A stretch of 64,000 bases of DNA from Stylophora pistillata (taxonomy: Eukaryota): positions 401,218 to 465,217 of the forward strand of contig NW_019217858.1 in assembly GCF_002571385.2 (NCBI RefSeq), in the 5' to 3' direction. The notes beneath the pieces are model-generated. The model searched no databases, was not told the origin of the DNA, and saw nothing but the letters and a program-made list of their open reading frames with translations. This document shows, piece by piece, positions 1 to 9,600 of this stretch. Both the position numbers and the translations under genes were made by a program. How positions within the stretch are numbered: the stretch's first letter is position 1; every line of letters starts with the position of its first letter.

Positions 1-659
1 TCAACGTCCCGACGTTCATTTCGTAATCAGTTTTGCCCCAACCGCTGAAAGGAGGCCGTCGTGAAATCGAAAAGATACAACAAGCCACCGCTCCAGTTGT
101 AGCAAATGGTTTGATCACACGGGCCGAGAGTTCATCATGGGGCGCGCTCCCGCCTCAGGGATTTCCCTTGGAGAGGGAGGCCCGAGGTTCACTGCTGAAA
201 ATGTTTCGTTATTTTGGTGGACTGAGAATGACACACTTTTTCGTTTGCTCCATCAAAATTGGTGTACGAAATGCCCAATTATTTCTTTATATGTTTGATC
301 ATTTGTTGTAAGACTTATCAGGATACCATAGCAACACTGCAGCAGCCTCACAGAAACACCCTTGATTTTAGCTTTGAAAGTCTGTATCTCAAAATCAAGC
401 TCGGTGACCACCCGTTTCTCATCCCTGAGACGCAATCAGCGTACCGCTATTCATCTTTCTGACAAAAACGTTTTCAAAAATATCAGTTCATATGCTATTT
501 CAAAAAATTAAAGAGGTTGGGTTTTCTAATGGTTACCTTGATTGAAAACCGAATTCTCTGTGTAATTCCGAGGAAAATGTATGGCAGCTTGAATGGAAGA
601 TTACAAATGTAAGAAATACATGTATGATGCCTTGGCAATTTCACTTCGCATTTTCTTAT

Positions 660-1125
660 TACAGAAAATCCTCTAATAAGCCCCCCCCCGGGGCTTATTC
701 ATTTCAAGTACTTTGGGGGGATGGCTTATCATGAGAGGGGGGAGCCTATGAATTAAGAGCTCAATATGCAATAAAGAACTCAATATATGATCTAACTTTC
801 TCAATGAACCTTGTTTAGCCATGTTATATTTTTAGCGTCGCTCTGTAATTTCCGTATACCGTATTCTATTGATCTATTGATGCCAACATGATAACGTCAA
901 TAAATCAATCACCATAATCAATTTTAAATGACAAACCAAAATTACAGTACTTGAATAAATTTATCGTACTTACTGACATGGAGTGTTATTTTGAATTTTT
1001 TTTTTAGTTTGGAGAGGGAGGGGTAGGGGGCTTAATAGAGGGGGCTTAGTAAATTTCTTCCTCTAAAGAGGGGTGGCTTTTTAGGGGTAGCTAATTAGAG
1101 GGGGGCCATTAGAGGATTTATGGTA
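660..1125. mobile_element. Non-autonomous DNA transposon (MITE), TA-flanked, Tc1/mariner-like
   Basis: TIRs tacagaaaatcctctaat / attagaggatttatggta; internal GGGGCTTA(A/T) repeats. Confidence 0.65.
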
Positions 1126-1483
1126 GATGATTGAATAAATGAAGAAAGTGATCAAATCTAACGCCGTAACATTTTTCCAGAAATTTTTCATTAAAACAGC
1201 CGATTACGTACTTGATTCGCTACATCTTCCCATACAAACACTGAGAGGTCTTAGAATGATCTGTTTCAAATTTACGAGGTGTTTGTAACGTATTGGTCCG
1301 TGTATTTAGTGCTCTTCACGAAAATCAGAATCCATTTTTCTCAAACAAGCCACCCCTTGCATTCTCGTGACCTTCACATTTTATGCAAGGGTGCTATTGC
1401 AGGGAGAAATTAGATGCAAGTTACACCCAGGGATTATAGAGGATTCAGGATAAGATCACACCATGGATGACGAAGGCGTCAAC

Positions 1484-2012
1484 AGACAAGAAAGGGAAGT
1501 GAGAGTTTTTGCGCAGACTCACAAATTCACAACGTCCTTCCTCACACCCAAGTCTTGCATGTAAAAGCCGAGAAGAAATAGGTGCAAACAAAAAGAGATG
1601 GAGAGCTGGGTTAGAACAGGTTTACAAAGTCAGAACTTCCATCCTTACCCCTAAGCCTTAAAACCCGCGAGGAAATAGATGAAAACAAAAAGAGATGTAC
1701 AGGTGGTCAGAAAAGACTTACAAAGAGTCCGAACTTCCTTCCTTACCCCCAAGCCTTGAAACCCGCTAAGAAATAGGTAAAGACAAAAAGAGAGGGAGAG
1801 AAGGTGAAAACAGATTTACAACATTTCAGAACTTCCTTTCTTACCTCAAGCCTTAAAATATCTGCGAGGAAATAGATGAAGACAAAAAGGGATAGAGAGG
1901 TGGTCAAACAGATTTACAAAAATTCAGAACCTCCTTACGCCAAGCCCTAAAACTCGAGAAGAAATCAGGGAGGGATGGGTGGACACAAAAAGGAATAGAG
2001 AGGTGGTCAGAA
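1484..2012. repeat. Degenerate tandem repeat, ~97-bp unit, ~5 copies
   Basis: gaaatag…acaaaaagaga…tttacaaa…cagaacttcc…ccaagcctt recurs at about 1575, 1672, 1770, 1869, 1961. Confidence 0.85.
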
Positions 2013-2063
2013 ATTTGTTCGAAAGACACGAAGAACAATCATGTTTCATTTTCAATGTTCGTT

Positions 2064-2069
2064 TTTATT
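2064..2069 (-). terminator. Polyadenylation signal AATAAA (distal)
   Basis: tttatt on the plus strand, TG-rich sequence about 25-40 nt downstream. Confidence 0.55.
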
Positions 2070-2114
2070 GACAATAAACTAAACCCCCCTAAAGTAAACA
2101 TAAAATTGGGATTT

Positions 2115-2179
2115 ACGTTCTTTTCATCAGAAGATAGAGCCGCGAGATGCTTTTTTCTGCCTTCATCATTTGCGAACGT
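2115..2179 (-). promoter_or_regulatory. Candidate eukaryotic SECIS element
   Basis: RNA 5'-ACGUUC GCAA AUGAU GAAGGCAGA AAAAA GCAUCUCGCGGC UCUAUCUUC UGAU GAAAA GAACGU-3': 6-bp helix I, internal loop, UGAU/UGAU non-Watson-Crick core, 9-position helix II (one C-A mismatch), unpaired A-run; fits AUGA-N11-AA-N24-GA. Confidence 0.55.
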
Positions 2180-2750
2180 TCCAGCACCGTGAGTTAAACA
2201 AAGCAATTAACCAAAAAGAAATTAACTGTCTCTAACAACTTAACCTAATGGATATATATCATTTGCCCTCTGGTGTGTTTTGGGGCTCAAATTGAAATCA
2301 TGTTTCCGTTTTTCTTCTTTTTGCAAGCATCGATAGCTAGCCGTCCCATAAACAAACAAACCTTAAATAATGTCATTCATCAATTGTAAAATTTCCTAAG
2401 AATTGAGGTAAAAAAGGCCAGAAATTCACCCGCGTCAGCTAGCCCAAAACTACTATATCACATATTTTTTATAACGTCTACTTTTCGAACATCGAGAACA
2501 AGGTTCTCACAAACAAATCATCGTCCACGTTAAGGCTTGCTCTGTTTATCAAAACGATGTGAACTTCTCAATAAAATAAAATTAACTTGTTATAAATTAT
2601 TAATACTTTGCGATAACGTGACCCAACCACTACATATATTTATTTAAGCATTCTCGAGGTACAATAAAGCAAGTTACAAATAGCGTGACTTTTGTACAGT
2701 TCCGTGGGCGAAGCTGAGCTTTCTACTGTACTGGCCTTTTCATGAACTGT

Positions 2751-3188
2751 CTGGAACGAAAGGAGACAAAAGAAAACTGTTAGTGAGATTCGCAATGAAC
2801 CACTGAAAAAAAAGAGCCACTTAATTTAAAGAGCCCACCTTAAACTTTATGCAAGCCAGCGACCTTAATTTCGTACTGCAACGATCTGAAAGCTAATTCA
2901 CTTAACTGAAACTGTGTGAAACCTTCCGCAACCAGGAATGACCAAAAGAATGGATAAAGTATAGTCTGCACTCGCGTCACGTGACTCATCCAGCGGAACC
3001 TTATCCCCGTTTCCTTAGCACGCAACGATTAGGGGTNNNNNNNNNNNNNNNNNNNNNNNNNNNNNNNNNNNNNNNNNNNNNNNNNNNNNNNNNNNNNNAT
3101 GGGAACCATGACGTCTCAGTTCTGTTCTCTGCTTCACTAAGTTTGTCTTGCAAAATTCCCACCTAAGCAAAGATCCATTTTTACTCAC
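2751..3188 (-). other. Predicted 3'UTR intron (contains the assembly gap)
   Basis: Donor AATG|GTGAGT 14 nt after the stop; branch CTCACTAAC plus polypyrimidine tract plus CAG acceptor at 2751-2753. Confidence 0.65.
3037..3098. other. Assembly gap (62 N)
   Basis: Run of N; left flank resembles a SINE fragment. Confidence 0.99.
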
Positions 3189-3202
3189 CATTCCTGTTTT
3201 CC

Positions 3203-3660
3203 TCAGCATTTGGTATGGAATGAGTTCTTTTTGCAGATGGTCTTTCCTTGACCAGCATCGCCGCGTGCGCAGAAGCACTCTTTGCATGCGTACTGATCTC
3301 GTTTGATTTGCTCCTTCCACGCACTTACACTGGCTTGTTGTAATGCTCCAAATTTATCTTTGTCATCTGATCCTAGGAATGGAAGGCCAAACACAGATCC
3401 TTGGGTGGACTTCATTAACGACACGTACTCGCCCTCAGGAAGGGTAGCTGTACCTAAACCAACCTCGGGTCGCTTTCTGTAATACACATTCCCTCTGAAG
3501 TTTTGTCCAATGACTTCGCCGCGGAACTTTCGGTATTTTCCAATTACGTTTAAGATGATGTCTTTAGATTCCAACATGCTGCCGATACTTTCGAGAGAAG
3601 CGAAGTCAGCCATTGGATGGCGATCAGTGCTTGTTAATAGCAGGAAGATCTTGGTGGCAG
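3203..3660 (-). CDS. Exon 19: VWA-like C-half plus Cys-rich terminus, stop TGA 3203-3205
   Basis: ttcccgcag acceptor; ATKIFLLLTS…LNVIG…CKECFC…C…C*. Confidence 0.85.
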
Positions 3661-6600
3661 CTGCGGGAAAACAAAATAAATTTTTACCGATGTCTCATTG
3701 TACAAACTTACACATCTAAAACATAGCCAGAAGTGCTTCACACGAAGTTTAAAGAAGTCCTCTCATAAAACTTTTGCGCAACATCGTTCTGGTACATTAA
3801 CGCACCAGAGGTGGAAAACGGAGGAAATTTCAAGTCAGCTTAGTAGCAGAGTGTGCAACAGAAATTTACGACTGAAAATCACCCATATCGCTTTATCCCA
3901 AATATGTAAATAAATGGGTTTTTTTTTTGTCTTTTCACTACAATGTTGAGGTGACGTCGATACTTGACCTCGCTAGAGACCTATAAGCCATGAATCAGTT
4001 AATTTCCTGCCCTCCTTTTTTTCACGAAAAAGTTATATTTTCGCATTTATCCTTGTTGTCTCTTTATTGCCACTCACCTGGTCTGAACGGATAATTATAG
4101 GCTGCGTAGGCCATAGCCTCCAAAGCATTACTACTGTCGTTGTCAGAATCTCCGTTGGAGAACTTCAGATGCTCAAACGCATCCTCGACGCTGTCAATAT
4201 CGTTCATCAGCTGACCGTCAAGGGTGATGGCGTGCGGGCCTTTGTGTGTCAAGCGACCACCGAATCCAACCACTCCAAAGCGGAAGGAGAACTTGGACTC
4301 ACCCAGGGACTCAGCCATGCTAGAGAGGAATGTCGGTATCTTCTCAGCATAGCTCTTGAGGATGGAGGTCTCAGGTACAAAAACAACAACATCTACAGCT
4401 TTGTCTGCTTTCTGGAACCATGTCTTACCGATCTTGTTAGCGCCGCAGCGTCCTAAGAAGATAAAGATTACATAAACGGGTCAGTTCAGTAAGAGATCTC
4501 CCAGGCTTTCCACGAAGGACATGCGTCCTTGTTAGTGTGTGCTAAGAAAATTCTCCTGAAGTTCAAGTTTTCTCAAATTTCTCGTTCGCAATTCGGGTTA
4601 GTCAACTCCATCCTTAGCAATTGTCGTTTTTTTTTTTTCCAATTATTTTTACTACTGTTCTGGTGAGATGTAATTTTTAGCTTACCTAACCGTAAAAGGT
4701 CGTCACAGAGAACGACCCATAATATTCTGATGAAGCTCCATTGGAAGTACAATCAATTCACTTACCGCACTCTGGCAGGTACTCAGCCCACATTCCTTTC
4801 ATTCTAACGAGTTCGATATAGGCAGCAGTTGAATTGCAGTGCTTCATGTCTTTGGGAGTGTTAGAGTCGCATTCTTTGTAATCTTGCTCGCAGGCCTTTA
4901 CGAAGGGTCCGGGGTTAACAACTGAGAAGAAGTGACTCAACGGGGAGTTCTTCTCCTTGAAAAGGGCGCGACATCGTTGTATGTAACTTGTTTTCTTGCA
5001 CTTGGGCTTTTCCGGCTCCTCCTCGAGTACTTTGCATTCTGGATCGTGAGAGATCTCCCAAGAGTTCACAAAATCGGTTAATCACTTCGCTGGGGTGTTG
5101 TTAATAGTCATCATCTCATCATGGAATTCATTGTTGTTTGTTCCGAGGAGACCTGAAGAAAGATTAATAAGAATAAGTGGGACAAAACTGACTCAACAAG
5201 AAAAAGGCCAGGGGTAGTTGACTTTTCCGGCAAAAAAGTATTATCGATTTCATTTGCAGTGTATTTGCAAGAAAATTATTACAGTGAATACAAATTGCTG
5301 GGACCATAAATTAGAAATCCATCCATATCGTACCTGCCATACGTCCATGGAACCACCTTGCAATGTTGAAAGTACACAAATAGTGCTCAACATCGCAAAC
5401 GATCTCCAAGCCCATGTCATGACGGAAAACGATGAAGGATCCTTGCCTTTGGACTGTGGTGTTGAAGCTCTCTACCGGAAGCTCGCTGTGATAACCGTCG
5501 GAGACTTTGTTTCCTGATGGAGATACCTTGACAATCGTCTCAACTCTACCGTCTTGATATATCTTCACGCTCGAGTCCTCCGTGAGAACGATGATGGCTG
5601 TTTCTTGACTAAGGATTGTGAACTTGTTGTCGCGGACATCTCTTGCTAAGACGTACATGCAGCCTGGCTTCCTGTAACCTGGGAATTTGTAGTAGGTGCC
5701 GTCGAACGTGTACACGTGGGGTCCACCAAAGATCATCGCCGTACCTTTTTGACACAAAGTGAACGTATCATTGGTAAGAGTAAAAAAAAGATGAAAAGGA
5801 TACAAAATCAACCTTAGTATAGTACGTAGCCTGCAACAAACATCACTTCATCCTCTAATTAACAGTTGATAAGAGTAGACGAGCCTATAATTTCGTGGAT
5901 TTTATCTAACTCTACCAAGTTTTCTTACTCAAACTACAAAGCAAGAGAAAGAAGAAACTCAAGGATAGAAGTAAAAGGAAGAATCGCTGATCAGATAGAT
6001 AAACGTCGTTCTCAAGGATCCAAATGAAAATATTAGAACAAGCTTCACACAATGAACTTACTGTTAAACGGTGGGATCCAATTAATTGGGTTCAGAGCAT
6101 AGGACATTTGCGACACTCGATGATTCATCCTTTTCTGCCAGTAGCGTTTAGCTCCGTGCAGGCTGCGGACGCGCGTGGAAATCATCTTCTTGGTGTGATA
6201 AAGGTACCTGTGGGCGTGGTTCAGATACAGGACAGTTTTTTCGTGCTGGATAATGGCCTCGTACAACGTCAAGGTGTAGTTTCTCAGCTCAGCATATCTT
6301 TGCGAGGTTAAGTTGTAAGCTTCACCATACAGTTCAAGGCACATCCTCATGGTCTGGTCGAAGGCAATCCGTGAGTAGTTCCTGACTTTACCGTATAGTT
6401 CTGGCAAACTACTTGAGTTGCACACATCGAGGGTGACATTTTGGACGACTCCATAGACACCGGCGGTGAAGTTTCGAGTCATGTTAAATCCTACACTGCA
6501 CCAATGACGCGTGAAATTCAGAGCTATTGGAAGGTATTTCTTCATCACGGTGGTGTTGTAAATGGCTTGAACAGTTCTATTGAACACACGTTGGTAGATC

Positions 6601-9600
6601 TTCATGGTTTTGTTCAAAGCAGAAACAGAGTAGTTCCTGGTCTGAGCCAGTGCCTCTTGGTACAGCTTGGCTGTCTTATTCAGTGCAATGGTTGAGTATT
6701 TCACGGCGTGGCCCAGTGCTGTGCTGTAAAGTTTGAGCGTCTCGTTGAAAGCTACTCTCGAATAATTCTTCGTCTTGCCGAAGGCTTCTACTAGACATGT
6801 GGAATTGTAGATATCGAGGGTTACATTTACAGCAACTTCATAAACCTCGACTGTAAAATTCTTGGTGATACCGTAACACTGACGGGAAAGGTTCAAAGCC
6901 ATTGGAATATACGTCTTCATGAAGGTTGTGTTGTAAACGACCAACACTGTTTTATTGTATAGACGATGACAAAGTCTCAGAGTCCTGTTCACAGCCACTG
7001 TTGAGTAGTTCCTGGCCATTAGCAACGCTTGTTGGTAGATCTTGACCGTCTTATTCAAAGCTAACATCGACAGATTCTTAGCTTTCAGCAATCCCTGTCG
7101 GTAGAGTTTGACCGTGTTGTTTACCGCCATCGTCGAGAAGTTCTTGGCATCGTGGAAAAGCTCGATTGTTTGGTTATAGGCTGTAGCTGAGCAATTACTA
7201 GCTTGACGTAGAGTTTTCCTGTAAAGCTTCACTGTAGCATTGATAGCGATCTTGGAATAGCTCATGGCTTTGCCCAAGGCCTCGGATGGGCAGCTTGAAT
7301 TTAAGATATCCAGCGTAACGTTCTGAGCGACTTTGTACACTTGCACGGATATATTAAGAGTGCGGTCCATGCAAACATTGTACCACTGGCGAGAAAGGTT
7401 CAATGCACGAGACACATATTTGTTAGTAGCATTGTAATAATGATGGGAAAGATTCAGCGCACGAGACAAGGTAACATTATAACAATGCCGGGACAAGTTC
7501 AGCGCACGTGAAAGGTATCTGTTGGTGACGTTGTAGCACTGGCGGGACAAATTCAAGGCACGTGATGCATATTGGCTGGTGACGTTCTTTACTAGGGTCA
7601 TGTTCAAACCACTTAAGAAGTTCCTTGTGATGTTGAAGTAATGCGCAGACTTGTGAAGGTATCTCACGGTCACGGGGTGATACCTGGTCCTCCTGTAAAT
7701 GTTACGTAAGAGCCTCACCATCTTGTGACGATAGACCGTTGCAAGTTTTCTGGAAATGTTGAGGTAATGGACAGTGGTATTTGCATACTTCTGGGTAAGA
7801 GGATGGTTCTTGCCCAGGTTGTAGGCGTTTATCACAAATCTGTACGTCTGCTGGCGGTAGAACACTGCAAGGTCCCTGGTAACATTGAGGAAGTGAAGGG
7901 TTATGTTGATGTATTTTTCTGTGAGATGATTCTTGGTTAAGTTGTAAACCTTCATGACATAGCCGTATGCTTTTTGCTGGTAGAACACGGTTTTGTTCAA
8001 AGTTACCGCCACCCATGCTTTACTGATGGTCTTGGCACGGCCCGACATAATTCTGGCCTTAACCTTAAGCTCAGTTAACTTTTCAACTGCGTTTTGTCTC
8101 AGCTCTCCATATTTGACAATAACATTCTGTTTCAGCTCATTGTACTTCTCAACTGCCATCTGTTTCAACATTGCGATCTTTACAGCAGATTGTTGTTTCA
8201 AAAGTCTTATCCTGTCTGGTACTTCCTGTTTCAGTTTCTCCATTTTTTCAAGAACTTCCCGTCTTATCGACTGAATCTTTATCACTCCGTTTTGCTTAAG
8301 CGACTCAATCTTTGCTAAGAACTGCTGTTTCAGCGCCTCAACCTTAACTGGGGTGGTCTCTCTGAGAAATTGCATCTTTACCAGGAAGTCCTGTTTTAAG
8401 ATCTTAATTTTTTCCACTGAGGCTAAAGCTAGGGTCTTGATCTTTCCGTCAAATCTCGGGATAACAACAGTGACACCATGTTCAGTAACCTGAATATACT
8501 TGGGAAGAGCCAAGCGGAAATCAGTGATGGTCTTGCCGATTGTTACACTGGCGTTACGGATGGCGATATAAGCATTTGTGATGGTCTTGTTGATTGCGAT
8601 ACGGGCGTTGCGTATGGACACCAGAGCTTTAGTGATGGTTCTGTTGACAGCCACATGGAAATCTTGGACAGTTTTGTTCATGGCAACACGGGTATCCAGG
8701 ATTTTCTTTGTGATGATGGAACGAGCAAAATGGACGGTCTTGTTGAGTCTGTGGGTTACATCTACGAACGTGGCGTTCAGATATCCAATAGTGCGGTTAA
8801 CATATCTCATAGTGGTGTTGACAAATTTTAGAGCTGTGAGCGTTGATGCCTTGATGAATCTTGGAGCATTAACAGTTTGGAGAGAGGAGTTTACAAATTC
8901 TATAGTCATCTGCACCTTCCCCCTAAGATACTGTCCATGCCTGTTGACAACGTCCATGGTGACGTTCCTCGTGAATTCCAAACTTCTACGCATTCTTGCT
9001 TTGACGGCATCGTCGATTCCATAGTACTTGGTGACGAAGGCAGCAGTTTCGATCACCTCTGCTCGTGTATCATTGAAGAACCTCAAGAGGGGTTTGGAAT
9101 TCAGTAGAGTTGAATTGATGGCAGCCATTGTTGTGTTCAAGGCACAGGCAAGGCGCGCCCTAGCGATGTTAAAAGTCTCCACTGTCAAGTTCACAGCCAA
9201 ACGGGTCATGTTCAAAGTGTAATTATAAGCACGAGTGCAAAGGACACGTCCCTTTAGAACAGACTCACGGAAGGTCATTTTGCCAAATGCACGAAGCACG
9301 GGACAAGAGTCGATGTCGAGTGCCACCTGGAAAGCTTGTCTACTCACATTAATTACCCTTTCTTTCAGGCCCATCACACTGTCCTTAAGTTCAAGAGCCG
9401 TCTTCGTGATGTTCCTCTGCAATATAGTTACTAGCTTGCTGTAATTGTGATACGCAGGTAGGACAGTGTCTTTGTAGAATGGCAGGACTTTGTTGAAGTA
9501 CAAAGGCTTAACTTCTTCTCTATAGTACCTCATACCTCTTTCCAGTTCTTGTCTGTAATACTTCATACCCTCCTGTAAGGTCCTGTTGATCCACACGCGG

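Larger units (their letters stand above)
2045..2750 (-). other. Predicted non-coding terminal exon / 3'UTR
   Basis: Follows the strong acceptor; AATAAA at 2064-2069 followed by a TG/T-rich downstream element; a second AATAAA at 2639-2644. Confidence 0.55.

Noticed and set aside
1-600. GC-rich stretch, ORF 33-311 and a possible minus-strand ATG at 17-19
   Set aside because: No recognisable protein; too little sequence at the window edge.
5055-5085. Micro-intron (GTGATT…GAG) that would remove the UGA
   Set aside because: It is 31 nt, shifts the frame and deletes the conserved FVNSW motif.
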